NCBI GenBank assembly: GCA_964448685.1
Contig: CAYUWR010000010.1
Location: 65,144-129,143, forward strand
Length of the DNA stretch: 64,000 bases
Origin: an uncultured Nitrososphaeria archaeon
Lineage (GTDB): Archaea; Thermoproteota; Nitrososphaeria; JACIWG01
Direction of reading: 5' to 3'
Shown: piece by piece, positions 1-8,714 of the stretch
Layout: each line of letters begins with the position of its first letter
Position numbering within the stretch: position 1 is the stretch's first letter
Position numbers and translations under genes: made by a program
The notes under the pieces: generated by a model
What the model was told of the DNA's origin: nothing
What the model saw: only the letters and a program-made list of their open reading frames with translations
The model's database searches: none

Positions 1-827
1 AGGTTCTCCAGGATATCCTCTTGAACTTCTTCAATGTATGATTTGACATCTGGAAATGCCTCATATTTGGAGAGAAGGTGTGAGACTTGGTGGCCGATCG
101 CGTAGAGGGCAACTTCACGATTCAACTTCTTGATTTCTTCGTTGATCTTCGCTTCCAGGTTCTTCAACTGTGTAGCCGCAATAATCAAGTCAGCGTTCAA
201 CCTTTCCCGTCTCTTCTGAAATTCTTCTTTTGTACGTTGGCCTAGAGCCTTAAATTCTTCATCAGTCAAAGGCCGACCATCGATGACAGGGATCGTTAGA
301 AGGCCTACCGGCGTACTCTTCAACATGAAGCCTTCTTCTTTAGCCCTTCGGTTAAGCTGCCCGAATAGGGCATCCCGTTCTCTTTCGATGTTCGTTACCG
401 TCGCAGACCTTTTGGCGACATATTCTTCGCTCTCAAAGACCTTAGGCAGCTCCCTTTTCGCTTCATCAATGAAGCTGGAAATGTCGCTCTGAAAGATCTT
501 GCCTCTACCAGGAGGCAGCCTGATAGCTTTAGGCTCATAGGGGTTGTCGAAGTTGTTGACATAACACCAGTCGTCAGGAACAGGCTTAGACTTAGCCGTC
601 TCCTCCAAGAAGTCCCTGACGGCCGTCATTCTACCCGTTCCAGGATAGCCAGCCACATATATGTTGAATCCACGTTCCTTGATATCAAGCCCAAACTTTA
701 GAGCCTTGACAGCCCTATCTTGACCAACGATACCAGTCAATGGAGATATTTCTTCTGAGGATGTGCAAGCTATAGTGCTGGCATCAAACACCCTTCTAAG
801 CCTGTCTGGTGAAAGCTCACCTGGCAT
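1..827 (-). CDS. Lon-family (LonC-like) AAA+ protease, N-terminal part; the gene runs off the window start
   Basis: Absent from the ORF track because it is open at the window edge. My reverse-strand translation from the ATG at 825-827 reads MPGELSPDRLRRVFDASTIACTSSEEISPLTGIVGQDRAVKALKFGLDIKERGFNIYVAGYPGTGRMTAVRDFLEETAKSKPVPDDWCYVNNFDNPYEPKAIRLPPGRG... This is the typical Lon-like N-terminus (IVGQ-x-RAV, then a P-loop, then a long helical insertion). The P-loop reads GYPGTGRM, with Arg where Lys is expected. Confidence 0.6.
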   Translation of the reverse strand, partial: MPGELSPDRLRRVFDASTIACTSSEEISPLTGIVGQDRAVKALKFGLDIKERGFNIYVAGYPGTGRMTAVRDFLEETAKSKPVPDDWCYVNNFDNPYEPKAIRLPPGRGKIFQSDISSFIDEAKRELPKVFESEEYVAKRSATVTNIERERDALFGQLNRRAKEEGFMLKSTPVGLLTIPVIDGRPLTDEEFKALGQRTKEEFQKRRERLNADLIIAATQLKNLEAKINEEIKKLNREVALYAIGHQVSHLLSKYEAFPDVKSYIEEVQEDILEN

Positions 828-981
828 CTACATACACCAACGTGGCATATTCAAGGAACAACAGCAACTTTTCCACGAACCTGTTCTTAAGGATTTCTGA
901 CAAGAACCTTCTTTCTCGGACCAAATCGTTAAGATAGGAATGGCTAGAAACTTTAAATTAAGGTTCCAGCTTGCTTGTGTT

Positions 982-1284
982 ATGGCAGACATACTCCCTC
1001 CAGAATTCGCGTGGATCATACCGATAGTGATTCCCTTTCTTATCGGCCTCATCGTGGGCGTAATAGTCAAGAGGACCGTGAAACTTGTAATTGCCATCAT
1101 TGTCCTACTTATAGTGCTGGTCGCCGTTGGATACACTCAAATACCAGCCTTTGAAGATATCGCAAAGGCCACCCTAAAATATCTTCCAACACTTTGGGCA
1201 GAGGCTGGACCTCTCGTCAACATGCTACCATACTCCTCAGCCACCTTCCTAGTCGGGTTAGCCCTGGGACTTTGGAAAGGATAG
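982..1284 (+). CDS. small hydrophobic membrane protein, function unknown
   Basis: ORF 940..1284. I prefer the internal ATG at 982 (MADILPPEF...) because an AT-rich TATA-like element (ctttaaattaagg, about 949-962) lies about 25 nt upstream. There are two to three clear hydrophobic helices (IIPIVIPFLIGLIVGVIV, LVIAIIVLLIVLVAVG, ATFLVGLALGLW). Confidence 0.45.
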   Translation: MADILPPEFAWIIPIVIPFLIGLIVGVIVKRTVKLVIAIIVLLIVLVAVGYTQIPAFEDIAKATLKYLPTLWAEAGPLVNMLPYSSATFLVGLALGLWKG

Positions 1285-1441
1285 AGGAGGCCAAGCAGAC
1301 GCTACACCAAGACATGCCCTCAGCCAGCAGACAAAGACTCTTGAATAGACCTGAATCTCGAAAGAACAGGCCAGCCTTCGACAAACCGCAGCCACCAATC
1401 TTTGAAAAGACTTATTATCAAACAGACACAAATCCTACAGT

Positions 1442-2023
1442 ATGGAGGAAAGCGGGCTGCCACCAGACCAACATGAGATCCCAAAGATACTAAGGTGGAA
1501 CATAGACCACCCTGGAATAGTCTCAAAGAATCCTAATATAGACTTGAAAAGATGGACTTTGACAGTCGACGGAGAAGTAGAGAACCCCCTCAAGCTCTCC
1601 TGGACCGACTTCCTAAGACTGCCGTCCGCTGAATCAAAGAGTGACTTCCACTGTGTCGAAGGATGGAGTGTCAGAAACTGCATCTGGTACGGAGTCAAGT
1701 TTAGTACAATAGCCTCAAGAGCCACTCCAAAGGAGCATGCCAGATACGTCTCCTTCAGATGCGCAGATGGATACACCACCTCCCTGAATCTAGAAGAGCT
1801 TCTTAAGGACAAGGTACTATTAGCGTATAAGTTGAACGGTGAACCCCTAGACGGATCACTTGGTGGGCCAGTCAGATTGGTGGTCCCGGACAAATATGCA
1901 TACAAGAGCGCAATGTGGATAGAAAGAATCAGTTTCACTAAAGAAAAAGAGCTTGGATTCTGGGAAAAGAGGGGATACAGCGACTACGCTGACGTTTGGA
2001 GCAATTCAAGGTTCAGCCGATAG
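1442..2023 (+). CDS. molybdopterin-dependent oxidoreductase, sulfite-oxidase fold (YedY/MsrP-like catalytic domain)
   Basis: The 193-aa ORF has the family layout: W-x-L-x-V-x-G-x-V-x-x-P (WTLTVDGEVENPLKLSWTDF), the CVEGWS motif with the Moco-ligand Cys, and GGPVRLVVPDKYAYKSAMWI. Confidence 0.8.
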   Translation: MEESGLPPDQHEIPKILRWNIDHPGIVSKNPNIDLKRWTLTVDGEVENPLKLSWTDFLRLPSAESKSDFHCVEGWSVRNCIWYGVKFSTIASRATPKEHARYVSFRCADGYTTSLNLEELLKDKVLLAYKLNGEPLDGSLGGPVRLVVPDKYAYKSAMWIERISFTKEKELGFWEKRGYSDYADVWSNSRFSR

Positions 2024-2083
2024 AACTGTGACCGTAGAAGCGGAGAAAGGCAGAACCTATGCCAACATTTAATAAAGGAACAC

Positions 2084-2977
2084 ATGATGATAAGAGGGAA
2101 GAGATGCAGCCTTGCAGGCGGTGAAACCGATCATTTGTCGTTTGAAGTGCAGGAGCTACATGACCTGATAAAGATAATTACGTTGATTAGACTAGGAGAT
2201 GGCAGAAGCCTCGAAAAGAACACACTCAAACGTAGAATAGAGAAGGCGTGCACAGGATATGTCTGTATCGACATAAAGGACGTCGAGAGGGCTTTAGAGG
2301 AGTTGAGCTCAGAAGGACTTGTAGACAGTCAAAGTGGGAGAATCAAGCCTACAGAGAAAGGCCTTAGAATCGGAAAAGAATGGCAGAACCTACTGTTGGC
2401 AAGTGAGCCGATAATGGAGACGATCGCGGGGCTCACCGACGGCTCAATCACAGGCCTAGTAGTGATCCTATCCACGATCTTGGCAGGTCTAACAGCTACA
2501 GCAGCCACTTTCGCGGCAATCCTCAGTCTAGCTTCCGTGGCGATAACCAACTTCTCAAGCTTCCTACTTGGCGGCAAGACCGAGGACATCGCCGACCTTC
2601 TGACCCTAAGGAACCTAATATACTACAGCCTCAGCGACATACCTGACAAGATCGAGAGAGACAAGTCACTCAAACTTGCTGAAAGCTTATTCGTGATCTT
2701 GAGGAGAGAGCGGGGCAGAACTAACTACCTCTCCGCATTCTTGTGCAGCACCAGCACCTTCCTCGCGGGCATAATACCGATTATCGCCTTCTTGACTATA
2801 CCAGCCCCACTTGGTGCAATCATATCATTAGCTATAGTAGCCGCAGTAGTACTATTCTTCGTCGTCAGATACAGATCTCAAAAGACAAAGATACATTGGA
2901 AAATAACCTTGATAGAGACGGCTGCGATCATAACCGTTGCAGTGCTCGCTTCACTTTTGATAGGAAAAACCTTCTAA
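2084..2977 (+). CDS. fusion protein: N-terminal winged-helix-like domain + VIT1/CCC1-like (vacuolar iron transporter family) membrane domain
   Basis: Residues about 20-100 look like a wHTH (DVERALEELSSEGLVDSQSGRIKPTEKGLRIGKEW). The remainder has the VIT1-like G-L-x-D-G TM1 motif (AGLTDGSITGLVVILSTILAG), a charged cytoplasmic helical segment and three C-terminal TM helices. Confidence 0.5.
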   Translation: MMIRGKRCSLAGGETDHLSFEVQELHDLIKIITLIRLGDGRSLEKNTLKRRIEKACTGYVCIDIKDVERALEELSSEGLVDSQSGRIKPTEKGLRIGKEWQNLLLASEPIMETIAGLTDGSITGLVVILSTILAGLTATAATFAAILSLASVAITNFSSFLLGGKTEDIADLLTLRNLIYYSLSDIPDKIERDKSLKLAESLFVILRRERGRTNYLSAFLCSTSTFLAGIIPIIAFLTIPAPLGAIISLAIVAAVVLFFVVRYRSQKTKIHWKITLIETAAIITVAVLASLLIGKTF

Positions 2978-3114
2978 ACCAGCGAAGCCGCCTTAATCTG
3001 CCCAATATTCTCCAAGCCTGCTCAGCATGCACTTCTATGTTTGCTGTCTGTGGATTAGCAAATGGAAGCCAACTTAATGTTATAAGGCGAGAGAAGGCAG
3101 ATCTTCGTAGACAA

Positions 3115-4656
3115 TCATCTTAGTTCCTTGCCTTTCCTGGCATCAATCCAGACAGCCCGTTTCCTCTTATTGTCAAGTAGCTCCACTTTATAAAGTGGAT
3201 AAAAGAACACCCTAAATGATGCGAGATCGGAGTTCGGGATAAGCCCTCTCAAGACTTCCCTGACTTCCGCCTCTCTTATCTTTACTTCTTCGACACGTGC
3301 ATCAGATGTATTCACCTGCTCAAGCTCGATCGGCTCCTGCAAGAGTCTGAGCTTAGGCAATTCGATCAGCCGACGATAAACCTTGGCCCTCCCACTCTTA
3401 CGTGACGCGATCAGTTTTCTTTCATCCAAGAGCTTTATCATATTTCGCAGAAGACCCTCTGAAACTCCAAGTTTATCGGATACCTCCATCAGGCTAATGT
3501 CTCTATCAGGCTTCAGCGTCTTCAAGAATTCAATAGATTGCGTGTCGACACCAAGAACCTTCTCCAACCCATACTTAAACGACAACCCTGCCTTAAACTC
3601 AGCCTGTCTCCCTGTCACACCATCCAAGAACAAATATCGATCTTCAAACCTCCTTCTGATCAACCCTGCCCTAATCCTTACCACAAGCTCTATCAGAGGC
3701 CAAAAGATCAGTTGGACTCCAGCAATCTCCTCTCTTCTACCGAAGAGGACAAGCCTCCCCTTCCTAGCCAATGTGGACGCCCTCGTAGAATCGATCAAAG
3801 GAGGCAGGCCAAAGCTCCTTTGAATGGCCTCAGGCACACGAAGTCTTTCCAAGAACGCCATGGAAGGTTTAACAACGCGATCTTTCAGCTTAGGAGTGAT
3901 GCCACCATGTGTCGTCTCTCTGACCCTAACCCTAATAGAAACCGGTAGAGGTGATAGACCTCCAAGCGCATAGAAGACACCTGGTGGCAATGTCGTCAAC
4001 TGCTTGGGTAATCCATGCTCTTGAAAGAATTGGCTTACAGATTGGAGATCATTTCTGATGACCAGTCTCCCTATCAACTGATTCGAGCATTGACTAAGTA
4101 CATTCTTGTCCACCAGAGAGGGCCTCTGTGTACAAAGCAAAAGGCCGAGGCCCCGCTTTCTTCCTCTGCGAGCGATCTCTTGAAGGATCTGAAGCTTCTC
4201 ACCAACTTGAGGCACAAATTTATCAGCTTCCTCCAAAATGATAAGATATGGCGTCCTACGACTTGAAATTTCACGGTAGATGTCGATGAGAAACCTTTCC
4301 ACCTTCGCCCTTGGCTCATCAACCTCCGAAATGTCAAGTATAAGCGGGGGAATGTCTAGAGCCTGTCTAGCCAATTCTTCAACATTCAATGAACTCCAGC
4401 TCACATCACATCCTCGACCTTCACTCACCCATATGAGCTCATATCTTTCTTTCAATCCAGAATATTCTCCTTCCACATCGATGAGGGCAAAGGGCACCTT
4501 GCTCTTGCAAAGCTCCTCACATATTACGCCTACAGCATAACTCTTTCCACTCCCACTGGCGCCCACAACACATGTTCTACCGGTCACTACTAGATCAGCA
4601 TCAACCTGAAATGGTTCTTCTCCTAGCCAGCCAAGATCAAGCAATGGCACAGACAT
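3115..4656 (-). CDS. HerA/FtsK-superfamily P-loop ATPase (DUF87-like) with a C-terminal winged-helix domain
   Basis: Walker A is GASGSGKS near the N-terminus. Walker B is YLIILEEADKF, followed by ARRGRKRGLGLLLCTQRPSLVD, which is typical of HerA/DUF87 ATPases. The C-terminal region SLMEVSDKLGVSEGLLRNMIKLLDERKLIASRKSGRAKVYR is wHTH-like. I could not recognise an N-terminal HAS barrel. Confidence 0.7.
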   Translation of the reverse strand: MSVPLLDLGWLGEEPFQVDADLVVTGRTCVVGASGSGKSYAVGVICEELCKSKVPFALIDVEGEYSGLKERYELIWVSEGRGCDVSWSSLNVEELARQALDIPPLILDISEVDEPRAKVERFLIDIYREISSRRTPYLIILEEADKFVPQVGEKLQILQEIARRGRKRGLGLLLCTQRPSLVDKNVLSQCSNQLIGRLVIRNDLQSVSQFFQEHGLPKQLTTLPPGVFYALGGLSPLPVSIRVRVRETTHGGITPKLKDRVVKPSMAFLERLRVPEAIQRSFGLPPLIDSTRASTLARKGRLVLFGRREEIAGVQLIFWPLIELVVRIRAGLIRRRFEDRYLFLDGVTGRQAEFKAGLSFKYGLEKVLGVDTQSIEFLKTLKPDRDISLMEVSDKLGVSEGLLRNMIKLLDERKLIASRKSGRAKVYRRLIELPKLRLLQEPIELEQVNTSDARVEEVKIREAEVREVLRGLIPNSDLASFRVFFYPLYKVELLDNKRKRAVWIDARKGKELR

Positions 4657-4733
4657 TTAAATCCTCCTGCCCATAATAACTCTTTCTTTTCTATCAGCCT
4701 TACGAGCACATCGGGCTAAAGCAACGGTTTTAT

Positions 4734-5345
4734 GTGACTCAAACCGATCCTTCGTCCATGATCAAGGTGTTGGGCATAGTTGGAAGTCCAAGAGTAGGTG
4801 GAAACACAGAACGGCTTGTTTCCGAGGCCTTGAAGGCTGCTAAGGGCGAGGGTGCGGCAACGGAACTTGTGAGGTTAGCAGACAAGAGAATAGAACCTTG
4901 CGACGGCTGCAGAACATGCAAGGAGACAAAAAGCTGCTGGAAAAAGGATGACTTTAGAGCCGTCTACGATAAAATGGTTCAGGCAGATGGCATAATATTG
5001 TCCTCACCAGTATACTTTGGCTCGGCTACCCCACAGATAAAGGCGCTGATCGATAGAGCAGGATACCTATCCAACCAGACTGGTAGAGTCTTCGAGGACA
5101 AAGTCGGAGGGGCGATGGTTGTCGCAAGAAGAGCTGGACACAACTTCACATTCGCACAGCTACTGTTCTTCTTTCTAAATCAGGGAATGATAGTTCCAGG
5201 CTCCACATACTGGAACATAGCCTTTGGCAGAGAAAAGGACGAAGTATGCAAGGACGAGGAGGGAATTAGGACGGCGACAAACTTCGGTAAGAAAATGGTG
5301 TGGCTCATAAAGAAGATAAAGGGCGAAAACCAACTGGAGTCATGA
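4734..5345 (+). CDS. NADPH-dependent FMN reductase / iron-sulfur flavoprotein family
   Basis: KVLGIVGSPRVGGNTERL and ILSSPVYFGSATPQIKALIDR are flavodoxin-like FMN-reductase motifs. The Cys cluster CDGCRTCKETKSC resembles Isf-type proteins. The real start may be the internal Met (MIKVLG, 4758). Confidence 0.8.
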   Translation: MTQTDPSSMIKVLGIVGSPRVGGNTERLVSEALKAAKGEGAATELVRLADKRIEPCDGCRTCKETKSCWKKDDFRAVYDKMVQADGIILSSPVYFGSATPQIKALIDRAGYLSNQTGRVFEDKVGGAMVVARRAGHNFTFAQLLFFFLNQGMIVPGSTYWNIAFGREKDEVCKDEEGIRTATNFGKKMVWLIKKIKGENQLES

Positions 5346-5369
5346 GGACATATTGCCTTTGCCCACACG

Positions 5370-5927
5370 TTGATGGCCATGAACCTCAAGATAATAGCGG
5401 ACATGGTGGCAATTCTCAAAAACATTCCCAGGACAGGATGGCTTCAGAAGGGAATCCCACCATACGAAGCGGAGACGGTTGCCGAACACACATTTGAGGT
5501 TGCCTCTATTGCGACGATCCTCTCACTCAAAGTCGACGGCGAAATCGACAAAGCCAAAATGTTAGAAATGAGCATAATCCATGACATAAGCGAGGCATCG
5601 ATCGGAGACATTCCAAAAGCTCTCACAGACAGATTAGGTAAAAAGGCGAAGATCGAAACCGAACAGGAAACTATAGAAGAGCTATCACGGTCAAGTGGGC
5701 TAATAGAGTTCAAGAGCCTCTTCGACGAGTACGTCAACAGAAAGAGTAGGGAAGCGATCTTGGTCAAGATTTCAGACTTAACGGCGACAATTCGGCAGGC
5801 CAAAATCTATCGTGATAGAGGGTTCCCAGTGCAGGAGATACTGGAGAGCTGTGAGGAGGAACTGGATGAACTGCTCAAGGTTCTGTCAAATGAACATGTG
5901 AACCAGGTCATAGACGAGCTTATCTAG
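5370..5927 (+). CDS. HD-domain phosphohydrolase (YfbR-like 5'-nucleotidase family)
   Basis: RTGW...ETVAEHTFEVA and IHDISEASIGDIP match the H...HD...D layout of the HD superfamily. Confidence 0.75.
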   Translation: MMAMNLKIIADMVAILKNIPRTGWLQKGIPPYEAETVAEHTFEVASIATILSLKVDGEIDKAKMLEMSIIHDISEASIGDIPKALTDRLGKKAKIETEQETIEELSRSSGLIEFKSLFDEYVNRKSREAILVKISDLTATIRQAKIYRDRGFPVQEILESCEEELDELLKVLSNEHVNQVIDELI

Positions 5928-5947
5928 CAAGAACATAATTAACACGA

Positions 5948-7606
5948 CTAAAGGTGGGCTGACTTGAAGACGACCTTTCCACCTACGATCGTCATCAAGA
6001 CCTCAATATTTCGAACATCTTCAGATGACACCGTGAGTGGGTTGTTCGAAAGAACGACAAGGTCAGCGAGCTTGCCGGACTCTAACATTCCTTTCCTGTC
6101 CTCTTCAAATGTGCCATAGGCAGCTTCTCTTGTTAACAGCTGAAGCGCCTCCTCGACCGTCAACTTCTGAGAGAGATATGGTTTACATAGGGAGAATCCT
6201 TTTCTCTTCCTAGTCGATACGCTGTAAATGTTCGCCATCGGGTCGAGCGTTTCAACCGGACAGTCCGTCCCACCCACACATTTTATCTTCTCATCCAACA
6301 AGGTCCTCCAAGGATAAGTGTACTTTATCCTTTCTGGGCCAACCCTCTGAAGGATCCAGTCCATATCGGATGTCGCGAAACCAAGCTGAATCGAGGCGAC
6401 GACCTCAAGCTCCTTGTAGCGTCTCACAATCTTTTCATCCAACACAGAGCAGTGTTCAATTCTATTTCTAAGCCTACCATACCTTTCCGCTCCCAAGGCG
6501 CGCCTGCTATCTTCGAAGGCGTCCAGCACCATTCTGTTTGCGAGGTCGCCTATCGCGTGCACAGCAACTGAAATCCCAGCTTCGTTTGCATCGAGTACGA
6601 GTCTGTTTAATTCCGCTTGAGAAAGTTGTGGGAGGCCACAGGTTTCAGGCGCATCATGATAAGGTTTCTCTAGCAGCGCGGTCCTTCCCCCTAATGATCC
6701 GTCTGCAAATATCTTGATCCCCACTATTCTTATCCAGTCTGGCTGTATTGGATGAGGAGACCGCACACCCTCTTCTATCAGTCTGTTGAGACAATCCGAG
6801 TTCATCAGGAGATTAACTCGGACGTTGAGAGATCCCTCTTCGTACAGTTCGCGGTATACTTCAAGCTCCCTCCATCCAACACCAGCCTCTTCGATAGAAG
6901 TCACCCCCATTTTGACGGCTTTTATTAGGGCCTGTCTACAGGCCCTCTTCAGCTGCCCATCGTCAGGTGTAGGAATCCTCACACGAACAAGATCCATCGC
7001 CGACTCCTTCAATATTCCAGTTGGCTGTCGAGAAGAGGGATCTCTATCTATTTGACCTCCATATGGGTCAGGAGTATCTTCTGTTATGTTCGCCAGCCTA
7101 AGGGCCAAGCTGTTCACGACCGCGACGTGACAGCAGATCCTTGTGAAGAACACTGGATTCTCTGGTGCTACCAGATCTAGATCCCACCGATTCGGCCATC
7201 TACGAGAACGCGCCCATGCACCATTCCATCTCATCTTGTCTTGATCCCATCCATGTCCTAGTATCCAACCTCCAGGCACTTCTAGGCTGACAGCAGTCTT
7301 GACCTTGTCCAAGAATCCTTTCATGTCAACCACGCCACGTAGGTCCACATGTGGGAGAGCTAGAGCATACTGTATGAAATGGCAATGGCAGTCTCCAAAT
7401 CCAGGTACAACCGTTCTTCCTTTGAGATCGACAACAACCGTCCCTTCTCCAACCCACCTCTCCATTTCCGAATCCACGCCGACGGCGACAATCCTGTCAC
7501 CTTTAACTGCAATAGCCGAATGTGAAGCAAGATCCTCGGCCATGGTGATTATCTTTCCATTCAAGAGCACTATGTCGGCGTACGCTGACACAGGATCACC
7601 TTCCAT
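5948..7606 (-). CDS. metal-dependent amidohydrolase (amidohydrolase-3 / YtcJ-like)
   Basis: 552 aa. Motifs are the N-terminal GKI...VKGDRIVAVG, the metal-binding GDCHCHF (HxH), a later AVHAIGD, and the C-terminal LADLVVLSNNPL... typical of this family. Confidence 0.85.
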   Translation of the reverse strand: MEGDPVSAYADIVLLNGKIITMAEDLASHSAIAVKGDRIVAVGVDSEMERWVGEGTVVVDLKGRTVVPGFGDCHCHFIQYALALPHVDLRGVVDMKGFLDKVKTAVSLEVPGGWILGHGWDQDKMRWNGAWARSRRWPNRWDLDLVAPENPVFFTRICCHVAVVNSLALRLANITEDTPDPYGGQIDRDPSSRQPTGILKESAMDLVRVRIPTPDDGQLKRACRQALIKAVKMGVTSIEEAGVGWRELEVYRELYEEGSLNVRVNLLMNSDCLNRLIEEGVRSPHPIQPDWIRIVGIKIFADGSLGGRTALLEKPYHDAPETCGLPQLSQAELNRLVLDANEAGISVAVHAIGDLANRMVLDAFEDSRRALGAERYGRLRNRIEHCSVLDEKIVRRYKELEVVASIQLGFATSDMDWILQRVGPERIKYTYPWRTLLDEKIKCVGGTDCPVETLDPMANIYSVSTRKRKGFSLCKPYLSQKLTVEEALQLLTREAAYGTFEEDRKGMLESGKLADLVVLSNNPLTVSSEDVRNIEVLMTIVGGKVVFKSAHL

Positions 7607-7616
7607 CAGAAGACAT

Positions 7617-8714
7617 CTAGTATATGAGATCCTGCAGCCTATTCTCTGCCCTGGCTTCCCTTATGTCCAAGGAGATCCTTCTTCCAGTCGACATTCTATC
7701 CTCGTATAGGTATGGTGTGTAAGGTGAACCTTCAGGATAGAGGTTTGTGCCAGCAACTATGCGAGCTGAAACTTCGAAGACAACAAACCCCCTCTTAGGA
7801 CTATAGATCGTCTCAACACAAAATGGGCCGATCAACCCCGGCGGAAAAAGTTTCATCGAAGCTTCAACCAGCTTGGATCCGATGTCGAGAAGATCTGGCA
7901 ACAGGCTTTCTCTGACTATTACAGGCTGGTTTCCTGAAACCGTGTAGTCGAGGTAGTCAGGTATGATGTCAGGCAACCCCCTGTATATTTCGTCGATCGG
8001 CTCTATCCTTCTATCTATGCTCAGAAGCTCCAGCCTGCCCACAGAAAGCTTTAGACCCCTAGATCCGATCGAGGTGTAGAAGTAGTGTGGATAATAACGT
8101 GATCCCGCAACAAATTCCTGTATGTAGATCTGGTCTCCTGTCTTGATGGTGCCTTCTTCAACTCGAGCCTTCAGCTTCTCATGAAAGTCTTCTGCATCTT
8201 TAGCCCTAAAGTATCCCTTTCCACCTCTCGCCCCATAAACCTTTACAAAAGCGTAAGAGTCTATCTGTGAGGGGTCGCTGTAAACCTTCGGAGACCTAAC
8301 TCCAGCCATGTTAAACCACTCCAACTGCTTTCTCCTATCACTTTCCCATTCGAGAACCCTCCTATTACCATACATGGGAACGTAAAATGATTCTTGCAGA
8401 TTTTCTGCGCCCACGTATTCGACAAAGGAGCCGTGTGCGATGACGATGGCGTTCAAATCTAAAAGCCTCTTTTGGACACGGCTATCTAGAACCTCCATGT
8501 AGTCGTCTACAACTATAAATTCGTCTGGGGAAGCCTCTGGGAAGGCTTCATAGTATCGAACACGGTCTCCAAGACATATGCCTATAGTCTTGAAGCCTTC
8601 TTTTCTGGCTCCATAGAAGAGCTGAAGAGCTGAATGCGAACATATAGTAGCTATCGAGATCCTGTCAGCATCATACTTACTCAGCCTTTGGAGGATCTCA
8701 TCTCTACTTATCAA
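7617..8714 (-). CDS. purP: 5-formaminoimidazole-4-carboxamide ribonucleotide (FAICAR) synthetase PurP, ATP-grasp
   Basis: The archaeal PurP N-terminus is present (YDADRISIATICSHSALQLFYGARKEGFKTIGIC), followed by an ATP-grasp body. The length of 365 aa fits. Confidence 0.8.
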   Translation of the reverse strand: MISRDEILQRLSKYDADRISIATICSHSALQLFYGARKEGFKTIGICLGDRVRYYEAFPEASPDEFIVVDDYMEVLDSRVQKRLLDLNAIVIAHGSFVEYVGAENLQESFYVPMYGNRRVLEWESDRRKQLEWFNMAGVRSPKVYSDPSQIDSYAFVKVYGARGGKGYFRAKDAEDFHEKLKARVEEGTIKTGDQIYIQEFVAGSRYYPHYFYTSIGSRGLKLSVGRLELLSIDRRIEPIDEIYRGLPDIIPDYLDYTVSGNQPVIVRESLLPDLLDIGSKLVEASMKLFPPGLIGPFCVETIYSPKRGFVVFEVSARIVAGTNLYPEGSPYTPYLYEDRMSTGRRISLDIREARAENRLQDLIY

